Below, piece by piece: positions 19,312-29,499 of a DNA stretch of 64,000 nucleotides. Where the stretch lies: contig JBEKXL010000002.1 in NCBI GenBank assembly GCA_049512075.1, forward strand, positions 96,001 to 160,000. Reading direction: 5' to 3'. Position 1 is the stretch's first letter. Each line of letters begins with the position of its first letter. Both the position numbers and the translations under genes were made by a program. Source of the DNA: Candidatus Bathyarchaeia archaeon. Lineage in GTDB: Archaea > Thermoproteota > Bathyarchaeia > Bathyarchaeales > Bathycorpusculaceae. A model generated the notes under the pieces. It did no database searches. It saw only the letters and a list, made by a program, of their open reading frames with translations, and was not told where the DNA came from.

Positions 19312-21069
19312 TCAAATCGGAGTGCCCAGCTCTTCAAAGTTGATTTTCCAACGGAAATACTTGCGCAGAAGCTCGGGTAACTCTTCGATTCTGCTTCTGA
19401 CCTGCTTCCAAGTGTCTCGGTCGCGGATCGTCACGGTTTCATCTTTGAGGGTGTCGTAGTCAACTGTGATGCCCAGGGAAACGCCGACCTCGTCTGCACG
19501 CGCGTACCGTCTGCCAATAGACCCCGCATCGTCATACTCAGCCACGAAACCTTCGTTAAGCAACATTCTGTGCAGCTCCAACGCCTTTTCAGGCAGTCCG
19601 TCCTTGTTCATGAGAGGGTATATGCCGACTTGTACGGGAGCAATGTCTCTTGGAAAGCTCAGCAAGGCTCTGTCCTCTTTGAGTTGGTAAGCATATTCAA
19701 AAGCTACGTAGAAGAGTCGGTCGGAGCCGAAGGTCGGTTCGATGACGTAGGGTATGAAGCGTCTTCCGCGTTCAAGGGTTTTCTCACGCTTGATGTCTAC
19801 GTGCTCCGGCAGAACTCTGTACTCGTCGAGCACAAAGTAACCGTCCTTTTTCAAGGCCTTTTCTAACTCTTCTGGGTCTGTTTTGGAAAGCATTTCAGCG
19901 ACTTTTCCAGCTTCTTTCTTGAAGGCAGGTCCCAGCTTGGCCATGACAGGCTTAATGACGATTTGTTCTCTCTCAATGGGCTTTTCATATTCTTTGAAGA
20001 CGTGCATGTCCTGACCGCTGAATTCCGCGTGTCGTTTCAAGTCGTAGTCTGTTCGGCAGGCGCAAGCGTTCACTTCAAGCCAGCCCCATCGTTCAACGAG
20101 GACCTCTTGGTCGAAGGTTTCTGATGAGTAGTGAGCTCTCTCCCACGGATGCTTTTCGATGAAACGCTGTTTTTCAGCCGGGACACCCAAATCGACGAGC
20201 AACTTCTTTTCCAGCGCCATGAAAACCGCTTGCCACTCAGCCTTGACGTACTTCTTTTCCAGCGCTTCCTTCACGGTTACCTCGGTGATTTGCTCCGAGC
20301 CTTCCAATCTGTCCTTTGCCAGAAGCAGCCGCAATGTTTCATTTTCCACGTTTTTCAGCAGGTAACAGTCCGGCTCTTCAGGATCATAGAAGAATTCCAG
20401 GTCGGCGATGGTGAATTCCCTTAACCGCACCAAGCCCTGTCGCGGTGAAATCTCATTCCTCAAGGCTCGGCCTATCTGCATCGCGCCAAAGGGAAGCTTC
20501 TCACGCGCCATTTCATAGAGCCGCTTGAACTCTACAAATATGCCTTGCGCGGCTTCGGGCCTTCCATAGCCCACCGCGTCCGAATAAGGACCTATGCTTG
20601 TTTTGAACATTGTCAGAAACAATCTGGGCTCGTTGAAGATTCCGTCACACTCTGGACAGCGAATCTTCAGCTTCTCAATCGTCTCCTTCAGTTCAGCCAA
20701 GCTCATTTTTTCTGCTTCTGACTCGCTTATCTTTGCAACGTCACGAAGCAGGTGATCAGCGCGAAACCACTTTTTGCATGTCGAACACTCAACCATGGGT
20801 TCCTTGAAATGCTCAATATGGCCTGAAGCCTCGAAAACCTTTTCAGGAGTGATTACGGGGGACTCTATCTCCATGATTCCAAGCTTGTAAACAAAGAGCT
20901 CCCTGAGTTTTCTCTCGATGTTCTGCTTCACTCTAGCGCCTAAATAGCCATAGGTTGCGAAGCCACTTGCGCCGCCGTAGATTTCGTAGGATTGCCAAAA
21001 AAAGCCTCTTCGACGTGCCAATTCATTTATGGCCGTGAACTTGTCAAATGTCTTCGTTTCATCCGCCAT
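19312..21069 (-). CDS. glyS: Glycyl-tRNA synthetase (alpha2 type)
   Basis: RPEAAQGIF, RNEISPRQGL.RLREF, VIEPTFG, GSIGRRYARADEVG. Confidence 0.97.
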   Translation of the reverse strand: MADETKTFDKFTAINELARRRGFFWQSYEIYGGASGFATYGYLGARVKQNIERKLRELFVYKLGIMEIESPVITPEKVFEASGHIEHFKEPMVECSTCKKWFRADHLLRDVAKISESEAEKMSLAELKETIEKLKIRCPECDGIFNEPRLFLTMFKTSIGPYSDAVGYGRPEAAQGIFVEFKRLYEMAREKLPFGAMQIGRALRNEISPRQGLVRLREFTIADLEFFYDPEEPDCYLLKNVENETLRLLLAKDRLEGSEQITEVTVKEALEKKYVKAEWQAVFMALEKKLLVDLGVPAEKQRFIEKHPWERAHYSSETFDQEVLVERWGWLEVNACACRTDYDLKRHAEFSGQDMHVFKEYEKPIEREQIVIKPVMAKLGPAFKKEAGKVAEMLSKTDPEELEKALKKDGYFVLDEYRVLPEHVDIKREKTLERGRRFIPYVIEPTFGSDRLFYVAFEYAYQLKEDRALLSFPRDIAPVQVGIYPLMNKDGLPEKALELHRMLLNEGFVAEYDDAGSIGRRYARADEVGVSLGITVDYDTLKDETVTIRDRDTWKQVRSRIEELPELLRKYFRWKINFEELGTPI

Positions 21070-21237
21070 TTCTGTTCAGTCTCTTCTAGACTAAACATTT
21101 CGGAGACTTTAAGCTTACTAGAACGATACACAAGCTTCCACTCTTCAGTTCTTAATAGCCTCTAATCTGCATGGGCGACAGCGTAGCATTTTTTAAGTCA
21201 CGTGCTAATTAAGAACTGCAAAACAAGGTGTCACAAC

Positions 21238-22296
21238 TTGCAGAAAATCAAGGTTGCACTGGTCGGTGTTGGAAACTGTGCATCAGCCCTCGTTCAGGGC
21301 TTGCAGTACTATGGTACTCTCGCCAAGGAAGAACGTGTCGGCCTGCGGAATCCCGTGCTCGGAGGTTTTCATCCGAAGGACATCGAAGTCGTCGCGGCGT
21401 TCGACATAGGCGGCCGAAAAGTGGGCAAAGACTTGTCTGAAGCCATCTTTGCGGAGCCCAACAATGTCTCAAAACTGGCTGACGTGCCACCGTCTAGCGT
21501 CGTCGTGCGTAAAGGTCCTGTTCTTGACGGGTTGGGCGAGTACACCAAGCATGTTGTCCAGATAAGCCCTCATCCCGAAGCAAACGTTGCAGCGGTTTTG
21601 AAGGAGAGCAACGCTGATATTGTACTTAACCTGCTTCCGAGCGGAGCGGTGAAAGCTTCTCAATGGTATGCTGAGCAAGCCTTGATTTCAGGGTGTGCCT
21701 TCGTGAACGCGCCCCCCAGTTTCATCGCCAGCGACGCTGTGTGGGCTCAGAAATTCGAGGCGGCTGGGTTGCCGGTTGTGGGAGACGACTTGATTGATCA
21801 GGTTGGCGCGACCACCTTGCACAAGACATTGTTGCGGCTTTTGTCGATGAACGGTGTTCACGTTACTGAAACTTATCAGCTTGACGTAGGTGGAGGCACA
21901 GAGTCATTAGATACGTTAGATCGGACCAGAGACGTTAAACGTGCTGTCAAGACTCAATCTGTTGAAGCAGCGTTGCCTTACGCGGCAGCTGTTGTTGCTG
22001 GTTCCACGGATTACGTGGACTTCCTGAAGAACAGGCGTGACAGTTACTTCTGGATCAGGGGGGTGCACTTCTGCAACGTGTCGGTTCAGATAGATCTGAA
22101 GCTTTCAACCGTTGACGCGCCGAACGCGGGTTCTGTTCTGCTTGACGTGTTGCGGGCGGTAAAAATGGCTCTGGAAAGAAAGATGAAAGGTGCCCTAATG
22201 CCCGTCTGCGCCTATGGCTTCAAGCATCCGCCTCAGTTAGTGACGCTTGACATGGCTGAAAAAATGTTCGCCCAATTTGTCGCCGAGGAAGAGTGA
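21238..22296 (+). CDS. ino1: Myo-inositol-1-phosphate synthase family
   Basis: IKVALVGVGNCASALVQG, VGDDL..QVGAT, DAPNAG. Confidence 0.85.
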   Translation: MQKIKVALVGVGNCASALVQGLQYYGTLAKEERVGLRNPVLGGFHPKDIEVVAAFDIGGRKVGKDLSEAIFAEPNNVSKLADVPPSSVVVRKGPVLDGLGEYTKHVVQISPHPEANVAAVLKESNADIVLNLLPSGAVKASQWYAEQALISGCAFVNAPPSFIASDAVWAQKFEAAGLPVVGDDLIDQVGATTLHKTLLRLLSMNGVHVTETYQLDVGGGTESLDTLDRTRDVKRAVKTQSVEAALPYAAAVVAGSTDYVDFLKNRRDSYFWIRGVHFCNVSVQIDLKLSTVDAPNAGSVLLDVLRAVKMALERKMKGALMPVCAYGFKHPPQLVTLDMAEKMFAQFVAEEE

Positions 22297-22306
22297 ACAG
22301 GTCCCT

Positions 22307-23419
22307 CTACTTCAGGGCAAGCCTTTGCAGTTCGCGCAAGACTTTTTCTTTCACGCCAGTCTGCTCTAGCTTTTGCTTCAACAGCGTTATCGTCTTCACC
22401 GGCGTCGGGTCTATGCCGCGCAGGACGGCCAAGTACACGCTTGTGAAATCTCCAGTGCAAATGACGGAAGCCATCTTTGCCAGGCGGCTCTCTCCGCGGC
22501 TGTGAACGTCGAAGAGCTTCTCTATCTGTCGGCTCATCAATTCTTTTGTAACCTCGATTCTCCGGCGTATTTCAGGCGGTTCTTCAGCGTCGCGGATGAA
22601 GATTACGGAGAAGTGCTCTGCGAATTTTTCCGCTTCTTCCCAGCCTACGATCTCGTTGTGGTCAAGTTCGGGAAAGAATTCCCATTTTGCCGGGTTCTTG
22701 CTGTTCTCGTTAAACTGCGTCTTAAGCCGCTGGGCAACTGTTCGATGAAACCCGAAGCCGTATATCGCCGGAACGGTTCCATTGATGTTCACTGCCAGCT
22801 TCTTTGAGAAGTTGCGGTCTGATGGCCTCTCAGGAGAGTTGTCCGCGCTGACTTGCTCCAGTACTCTGATTGTTTCCAGAATCTCATCATTAGCGCCGGA
22901 AATCAAACCGATTTTTTCAAGTGTAGTAATCAAGGGCAAGAAAAGGTATGGGAGAGTTGCGCGTGGCGCCATTCCTGAGGGGACGAGTATATGAGGAAAA
23001 CCCAGTTTTTCAGAGAACTCGTGCAGTTTTCCACCCGAACTCACGCAGACAATCATGCATTTTCTTTTGATGGCGTCACGGAAGACGCTGAGGGTTTCCT
23101 CAGTTTCCCCCGAGTAACTGACTACGAGCACGAGTGTGTGCTTGTTTGCATACGCAGGTAGCGAGTATTCTTTGCACACTTCGACGGGAACGGTGATTCT
23201 GTCTCTTGTCCAGTCTTTTAGCAGTTCGCCGCCTATGCCAGAGCCGCCCATGCCTGCAACGACTATCGTGTCAGGTTTGGGGTAATCGATCAAGAGGGTT
23301 TTGGCGAGTTTTGCGGCTTGTGCATAATGTTCAGGAACTTCAACACAGAAGGAAAGCATGTCGCTCTTGTCGATTCTTCTGATCCCGTCGGGATCATCAA
23401 CAATTTCCAGTCTTGTCAT
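22307..23419 (-). CDS. Bifunctional phosphoglucose/phosphomannose isomerase (SIS)
   Basis: GMGGSGIGG, SYSGETEET, QFNENSK, PELDHNE. Confidence 0.93.
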   Translation of the reverse strand: MTRLEIVDDPDGIRRIDKSDMLSFCVEVPEHYAQAAKLAKTLLIDYPKPDTIVVAGMGGSGIGGELLKDWTRDRITVPVEVCKEYSLPAYANKHTLVLVVSYSGETEETLSVFRDAIKRKCMIVCVSSGGKLHEFSEKLGFPHILVPSGMAPRATLPYLFLPLITTLEKIGLISGANDEILETIRVLEQVSADNSPERPSDRNFSKKLAVNINGTVPAIYGFGFHRTVAQRLKTQFNENSKNPAKWEFFPELDHNEIVGWEEAEKFAEHFSVIFIRDAEEPPEIRRRIEVTKELMSRQIEKLFDVHSRGESRLAKMASVICTGDFTSVYLAVLRGIDPTPVKTITLLKQKLEQTGVKEKVLRELQRLALK

Positions 23420-23521
23420 CTCCTTGTTCTCCTTCCCCTGTTCTGAAAATAATGTGATGCTTCGAGTTTTTAAACAAATTGCTCAATAATAGTCTTCACC
23501 AAGAGCAGGAAGGAAACCGCG

Positions 23522-24382
23522 TTGGCGAAGAAGAGACTTTGCATAGCAATACCTATCTCCGTCGTGTCTGATACGCCGCACTTACGTGAAAAGACTTCCA
23601 AAATAGGCTTAATAGGCAGAGCAGCTGCTATTTTCAGAGTTGACGAAATCGTAGTCTTCCCAGACGCTCCTAGCGGCAGTCAGAAGACTGAGGCAGATTT
23701 GGTTTCGACGTTGTTGAGCTATCTGGAGACCCCGCAATATCTGCGGAAGAGACTGTTCAAGCTGAACCCGCATCTGCAGTACGCAGGCATACTCCCGCCT
23801 CTGCGGACACCGCACCATCCTCTGAACCGTCGAGTGAAGGAATTGAGAGTCGGCGAATTTCGTGAGGCCGTCACATTATCCAGGACAGAGAAGCAGACTT
23901 TCGTGGATATCGGTGTCGAACAGCCGGCGTTAATCCGAGGCAAAGATTTGGCCGTCGGCAAGCGGGTCACTGTCAGGGTCGTCAAAGTTGGGAAGGTTGT
24001 CGAGGTCGAGCTGGCGAATCGAGATGAAGCACCCTCGTACTGGGGTTACACTGTCACGGTGGAAAATCGTCCGTTCGGCAGTTTCGTGGAAAAGAGGGGT
24101 TTCGATCTGACCGTTGCCACTTCCAGGTACGGCTCACCTTTTGCCGATGTGACTGGAGAAATCGTTGAAAGATGGAAAGCCGCAAACACGGTTCTGGTGG
24201 CTTTTGGTGCCCCCGGCCAGGGTTTGGGCGACATAGTTAAGCGTGAGGGTCGCCGGTTGAGTGAGCTTGTGGACTTTGTCGTGAACACGGTTCCCATGCA
24301 GGGAACGGAGACTGTTAGGACCGAAGAGGCGCTCGTCGCTTCTTTAGCCATCTTTAACCTCATTCTCGAGTTGAAGAGATAA
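23522..24382 (+). CDS. SPOUT RNA methyltransferase (DUF171/MTH1-like)
   Basis: YLETPQYLRK, AGILPPLRTPHH, QGTETVRTEEA. Confidence 0.9.
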   Translation: MAKKRLCIAIPISVVSDTPHLREKTSKIGLIGRAAAIFRVDEIVVFPDAPSGSQKTEADLVSTLLSYLETPQYLRKRLFKLNPHLQYAGILPPLRTPHHPLNRRVKELRVGEFREAVTLSRTEKQTFVDIGVEQPALIRGKDLAVGKRVTVRVVKVGKVVEVELANRDEAPSYWGYTVTVENRPFGSFVEKRGFDLTVATSRYGSPFADVTGEIVERWKAANTVLVAFGAPGQGLGDIVKREGRRLSELVDFVVNTVPMQGTETVRTEEALVASLAIFNLILELKR

Positions 24383-24617
24383 AGCCACGTTTCGGTATAT
24401 CGCTACCATAGGCGAGATGCAGCAACGATATAATTCTCAAGTTCAATTCTTGAAGAAGGGTCATAAAGGATGTTAAGAATGTCATTTTCCCGTAAAATGC
24501 ATTGAAGGTGCAAAGCTGTTTTCTTTGCATAAAGAGATAAATGTGCGTTGTACGTATGTGCCCGTATGCGTTTCGCATCTGATAGCGACTTTGACGGAGT
24601 AAGCCTTCGTATGATGG

Positions 24618-26030
24618 ATGAGGGCTAATCAAATGGTGAAGGATAAGAAGTTCGCATTTCTTGCAATAATCCTGCTGTGTGCTGCTGTGTTCTTAGCGGT
24701 GTCAGCTGTCAGGCCAGCTTTTGCAGCAAGTGATAGCGACGCCGGAACAAATCGGATACAATTGGTCGTTAGGCCCTTGGTTGTATTGAACTACTCGGCA
24801 GTTCCAGGCCAGGGGTTTGGTGTCAGCATTAATGTCACCGCATTAGGAACGCTTGACCTTCACGGGTTCACGATGAGATTGGGCTACGATCCAACTCTGA
24901 TTAACTGCACATATGTTGGAGAGGGTGATGTCTTCAAAGGCTTCAGTATCACTAATGCCTCGCTCATAGACAACGCTTTAGGCAATGTATATGTTTCTAT
25001 GAATCTCACGTCTCAAAGTGCGACGGTCAACAACAATGGGACTCTGTTCACTCTTACGTTTCAGGTGAAGGGCACGGGCGAGACGAGCCTTCACATCTAC
25101 GATGCTGTTCTGTATGGTCCTGGGAGTACGTATATTCAGTTTACGGCGTATGACGGGTATTTTAACAACAAATTCAAATTTGACCTAACGATGCCTCTGA
25201 CTCTTCTGGCAGTCACGTTCGCCTCTATGTTTCTAAATCCTAAGATCGAGAACAAACTCAAAGGAGTGTTTGAAGAGACTGAGTTTCGGGTCCGGGACGC
25301 TGTTTTGCTTGTTGGCGTGATGGTCGTCATGATCACCCTGATAGTTATCGTTCGACAGCTTAGTACCGTTTTGACGGTGCTGTTTCTGTTTGCCTACTCT
25401 CTGCTGCTCTACACGTTTAGTTATCTACTGTCCAACAAGCGTTGGTACATAGGAATCATAGCGCCGGCGGTTTTCATTCTGTTATACGTGTTCCTAAGAG
25501 ACAGTTTTATCTGGACCTATTACCTGTCTAACGTTTACGGTCTTGTTTTCGCCATCTTGATCACTCTTTACCTAGCAGGTCTGTTTAACTGGAAAACCAC
25601 GGCGGTTTTCGGCGTCCTGATAACAGCCATGGACATAGTTCTGGTCTTGGTGACGAAAACGATGGTGCAGGCTGCCAGTGCAGTGGCGAGCCTGAGTCTT
25701 CCAGTGCTGGTTTCTCTCCCCCTCGTTCCGTTGATTACGACCGGAACAGGCTTATTGATACTGAGCCTAGGCCTGGGAGACTTTTTCTTTGCGGGCTTGC
25801 TTGCCATTCAAACATACAAGAAATACGGGAAACGCTTGGCCATCGCCTCGGTCGTGGGAATGACCATATCGTTCTCCATTTTCGAAGCGTCAATTCTGAC
25901 CTACAATATAGGAGCGTTTCCAGGCACCCTTATGATTATCTGCGGATGGGTACCTTTCGTGCTGGTCCAAACTTTGAGAAACTGGAGAAAGACTAAGGGC
26001 GCGAACCTAAAACAGGTGGTTCCCAGTTAG
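24618..26030 (+). CDS. Cohesin-like domain fused to presenilin/SPP-type GxGD intramembrane protease
   Basis: Signal peptide; L.YDP.L..V.EG..F..GTLFTLTFQVKGTG.T.L cohesin pattern; TM domain with MD, LGLGDF and FPGT. Confidence 0.7.
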   Translation: MRANQMVKDKKFAFLAIILLCAAVFLAVSAVRPAFAASDSDAGTNRIQLVVRPLVVLNYSAVPGQGFGVSINVTALGTLDLHGFTMRLGYDPTLINCTYVGEGDVFKGFSITNASLIDNALGNVYVSMNLTSQSATVNNNGTLFTLTFQVKGTGETSLHIYDAVLYGPGSTYIQFTAYDGYFNNKFKFDLTMPLTLLAVTFASMFLNPKIENKLKGVFEETEFRVRDAVLLVGVMVVMITLIVIVRQLSTVLTVLFLFAYSLLLYTFSYLLSNKRWYIGIIAPAVFILLYVFLRDSFIWTYYLSNVYGLVFAILITLYLAGLFNWKTTAVFGVLITAMDIVLVLVTKTMVQAASAVASLSLPVLVSLPLVPLITTGTGLLILSLGLGDFFFAGLLAIQTYKKYGKRLAIASVVGMTISFSIFEASILTYNIGAFPGTLMIICGWVPFVLVQTLRNWRKTKGANLKQVVPS

Positions 26031-26972
26031 AAATGGCTTTTCACCGACCGTGCTCAATAGCACGTTCTTGAACCCCATCTCACGGAATTGTTCAGCTATT
26101 CTCCCAGCATTCTTCTTGTAGGTGTTGATGAAGACTGATGGGCCAGTGTCCATCGAGTACCACGCCGGGGTTCCTTCTTCTCTCATTCGGATAACCTCTT
26201 TTATTACGCGAACCGTGTCTGGCTCCCACAGCATCATGTGAGACTTGCCAGTCATAGTGATTGCATGAAGATTCAGCGTGTCTTCCTCAGCAAGCTTGCC
26301 TATCGTTACCGTGTCTCCTTTCCAGACGGCTTTTTTCATTCTCTCAAGCAGACTCTTGATGTTTTTCAATCTTGCCTTGAACAGACATGAGCTGAGCACC
26401 TCTGCGTGTGCCTCGTCAGTCTTCACGTCCGAGCGAACGGGTACGATTACCATCGAAAAATCTATGCTTCTTGAAGTTTCTAACTGTTCAGCGTATGACC
26501 TGCCGTTTCTGTTGACGTACCATATTGCGAAGCCTCCGGCCAAGCTCCTTGTGGCAGAACCTGCCCCGAGCCTGACGATTTCTGAGAGTGAAACGGCGTC
26601 AATGTCGAGATCGAGTGCTTCTACTGTGGCGAGGCCTAGAGCCGCGAAACCGGAGGCTGAAAACCCCAGGCCCTTACCTGTTTTAAGGCTGTTCTGAGAG
26701 ACGACTTTGAATCTGCCAGAATACTCCGCGAGTTCTTTGAGTTTATCAAGTACGGTTTCAACTCGCCTCCTTTCAGTGGCGTCTGGCTGTCTTCCGTTGA
26801 TTGTTATTTCGCTTTTCTTTGATTCTTGCAGAGTCTCAACGGTCGTCATGGTGGACAAGGCTTGCATACAGACGGATATGCTGTCATGGTAGGGGATCCT
26901 CTGCTTAGGATTCTTCAATCCGTGATACTTTATCAGTCCCTGTATTGGGTGAGCTGCAACAGTAGCTTTCAA
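26007..26972 (-). CDS. mvaD: (Di)phosphomevalonate decarboxylase, haloarchaeal-like
   Basis: AHPIQGLIKYHG..PYHDSISV, GLGFSASGFAAL, SMDTGPSV. Confidence 0.88.
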   Translation of the reverse strand: MKATVAAHPIQGLIKYHGLKNPKQRIPYHDSISVCMQALSTMTTVETLQESKKSEITINGRQPDATERRRVETVLDKLKELAEYSGRFKVVSQNSLKTGKGLGFSASGFAALGLATVEALDLDIDAVSLSEIVRLGAGSATRSLAGGFAIWYVNRNGRSYAEQLETSRSIDFSMVIVPVRSDVKTDEAHAEVLSSCLFKARLKNIKSLLERMKKAVWKGDTVTIGKLAEEDTLNLHAITMTGKSHMMLWEPDTVRVIKEVIRMREEGTPAWYSMDTGPSVFINTYKKNAGRIAEQFREMGFKNVLLSTVGEKPFLTGNHLF

Positions 26973-27057
26973 CGCTGATCGCCCGAGAAAATGCTGGAAT
27001 ATGAGCTAGTAAACTCTTGTTATTAGTGTGACTTAGAAAATGGAATAAAGGGAGGTT

Positions 27058-27372
27058 TTAACCGAATAATGCGCCTAGACCTTCAAGTGCTGCTTCTTCT
27101 TTCTGTTTCTCGTCTTCCTTCTTTTCCTTCTTTTCTTCCTTGGGTTTGGCTTCTGCTGCTGGCGCTGCTGGAGCTGCTGCTGGTGCGGCCATCATCGTTG
27201 AGGCTGACTTGATTGCCTCGTCAATCTTGACTTCAGCCAGAGAAGCTACGAGTGCTTTGACGCGCACTGTGTCGGCGTTCATGCCTGCCGCCGTCAGGAC
27301 CTGTGTCAAGTTTGCTTCGTTTATCTCTTTTCCTGCCTTGTGAAGGAGCATTGCAGCGTAAATGTATTCCAT
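27058..27372 (-). CDS. rpl12: 50S ribosomal stalk protein P1/L12
   Basis: [18 protein letters not shown]. Confidence 0.97.
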   Translation of the reverse strand: MEYIYAAMLLHKAGKEINEANLTQVLTAAGMNADTVRVKALVASLAEVKIDEAIKSASTMMAAPAAAPAAPAAEAKPKEEKKEKKEDEKQKEEAALEGLGALFG

Positions 27373-27399
27373 ACTTTTTCACCTCTCAACTCAACTATT

Positions 27400-28284
27400 T
27401 TAACTTTTTTCAGTTGGCGCAACCTTTTGCTCTAAGGTGGACAATCTACTACTTAAACTTAACATTTCAGCATGGGCCTTTCGAACCAAGTCCTCTATCG
27501 TCTCCTTAGTGGGTATCGCCGCGTTTATTGAAAGCGCGTATGCTTGTCTGTGGGCTATCTGCAATAGTATAGCCATGTTTTCTTCTGTCGGATAGGCAGC
27601 GCTCAGAGAAAGTGCAAGAGAATCGGCGTAGGCTCTTTCAATGTCATGTTTTATTTCATCCAGGTCTAGTCTAAGCTGCTCTTGAGTTATAATTAGGCCC
27701 TCTTCGAAAACGTAGGTCATCGCCAGGCCGGACTCAACGGGTTTGATTCCGAGTTTTGACAACATGCTGGCAAGCCTTTCATTGATTGCTTCACCTTTCT
27801 TGACGACCAACGTGTCCTTGTTTATCCAGACGCTTCCAGATTCAATTCTAGTTGGCAAGCCAACAGCGTTCAGTTGACTGATTATCGGTCCAGGAGGTTG
27901 GCCGGTGTTTCCCGCTGGGACTACTACGTCGAAGGCTGCTACGTCCCCTGATTTGGCCGTTGTCTTGACCTTTCCCCTTTCCAGAATCAGGGCCAGTTTG
28001 AACGGATCCTCATCTGTGAATATGTAAACATTCGACCCCTGAAGGTGTTCTTCAAGTCTCTTCAGGTCTGGCTTCTCCTTGCAGTTTTCTATCGCCAGTT
28101 TCATCAGAGTGTTCTTCATGACTCTCATGTACACCTTTTCCGCCAAGTTCTTCTTGAATTCCTGCATTTGCGCAGCCCTGACCTTCTGCAGGCTGGCGAT
28201 GCCGACGACCTTGTATTTCTTTATAAGGTCTGTTATTTCTTCGACATCTTTGATTTTTTGTTGAAGAACTTGTTCGGATGGCAT
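27400..28284 (-). CDS. rpl10: 50S ribosomal protein uL10/P0
   Basis: KNTL, PAGNTGQPPGP, LSKLGIKP. Confidence 0.96.
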   Translation of the reverse strand: MPSEQVLQQKIKDVEEITDLIKKYKVVGIASLQKVRAAQMQEFKKNLAEKVYMRVMKNTLMKLAIENCKEKPDLKRLEEHLQGSNVYIFTDEDPFKLALILERGKVKTTAKSGDVAAFDVVVPAGNTGQPPGPIISQLNAVGLPTRIESGSVWINKDTLVVKKGEAINERLASMLSKLGIKPVESGLAMTYVFEEGLIITQEQLRLDLDEIKHDIERAYADSLALSLSAAYPTEENMAILLQIAHRQAYALSINAAIPTKETIEDLVRKAHAEMLSLSSRLSTLEQKVAPTEKS

Positions 28285-28299
28285 TCAGTTCCACTCTTT

Positions 28300-28950
28300 C
28301 TAAGGTTTAATCTTCACGGGCGCGCCCATGGCTGTTTTGATGTAGGCAAACTTGATATTTTTCATTCCTCTCTTGAGCTTTCCTTCCAAAACCCTCAGTA
28401 CCGCCATGATGTTGTCGGTTATTTCTTCGTCTTTCATGTTCTCCATTCCGATGCGAGACTGCAGAGTAGGCTGGTTGCGCATTCTTATCGTAACGGTTTT
28501 TCTGTGCTTCGCTATCAGGCTCGCTATGTCTGCTGACGGTGGCACTGGTACAGGCATTTTTCCTCTTGGACCTAGGACAGAGCCTAAGGTTTTTCCGATT
28601 AGGGGCATCAATGGGGCTTCGGCTATGAAGAAATCGTATTGATTGGCTATCTTGCGCATTTCCTGTTTCTTGCCAGCTAGGCCTTCAAGCTCAGATCTTT
28701 CAAGAACATGATCCGCGTTTGCCTTTTTCGCTTTCATTGCGAGTTCTCCTTGGGCGATGACGCATATCTTGTTTGGTTTCTCAAGAGCGTGTGGTAGCTC
28801 GACGACTTCTTGGATTTTGGCCTCAGGCGATTTCATGTCGATGTCTTGCAGTTTCAGGATCAGCTCTACGGATTGGTTGAACTTTCTCTTTTCAGATTTC
28901 TCCCTTGCTTCTTTCACTGCGTTTAGTATGGTCTTTTGGTCTAAGGGCAT
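28300..28950 (-). CDS. rpl1: 50S ribosomal protein uL1
   Basis: RKFNQSVEL, LGPRGKMP, KTAMG. Confidence 0.97.
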   Translation of the reverse strand: MPLDQKTILNAVKEAREKSEKRKFNQSVELILKLQDIDMKSPEAKIQEVVELPHALEKPNKICVIAQGELAMKAKKANADHVLERSELEGLAGKKQEMRKIANQYDFFIAEAPLMPLIGKTLGSVLGPRGKMPVPVPPSADIASLIAKHRKTVTIRMRNQPTLQSRIGMENMKDEEITDNIMAVLRVLEGKLKRGMKNIKFAYIKTAMGAPVKIKP

Positions 28951-29009
28951 TTTTGGGTCCTCGTGCCAGTGAGGGAATGGAACGGGGTTATAAAAGTATT
29001 CGCTTGATT

Positions 29010-29498
29010 CTAGTTCTTACTAAATATTTCGTCGTACTTGCCGTCGTCAATTTCCCGTTGCACTTCACGGGGATCTTTGCCTTCGGCGGTCACTCCCATG
29101 CTGACGCAGACTCCGAGAATCTCCTTTGTTGCTGTCTTGAGGTTTCTTGCTAGAAGTTCTGCGCGTTTCATTTTGGCTATGCGCACGACCTGGTCGATGG
29201 TGAGGTTGCCTACTTTCTGCGTGCTTGGAGTGCCCGAACCTTTCTCGATTTTGAGTTCACTGACAATCAGGGCGGATGCTGTGGGCGTTCCAATGGTCAC
29301 GTCAAACTCTTTGGTATCGGGGTCCACGAGTACTTTAACTGGAACCTTCATTCCGGCATAGTCTTTTGTCAATTCATTTATCTTGTTGACGATCGCCATG
29401 ACGTTTACGCCTAAGGGACCGAGCGCTGGGCCCAAGGGCGGTCCGGCGTTTGCTTGTCCTCCGCTAACGAGGAGTTCGATGGTTTTCTTGTCAGCCAT
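29010..29498 (-). CDS. rpl11: 50S ribosomal protein uL11
   Basis: GGQANAGPPLGPALGPLG. Confidence 0.97.
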   Translation of the reverse strand: MADKKTIELLVSGGQANAGPPLGPALGPLGVNVMAIVNKINELTKDYAGMKVPVKVLVDPDTKEFDVTIGTPTASALIVSELKIEKGSGTPSTQKVGNLTIDQVVRIAKMKRAELLARNLKTATKEILGVCVSMGVTAEGKDPREVQREIDDGKYDEIFSKN

Positions 29499-29499
29499 C

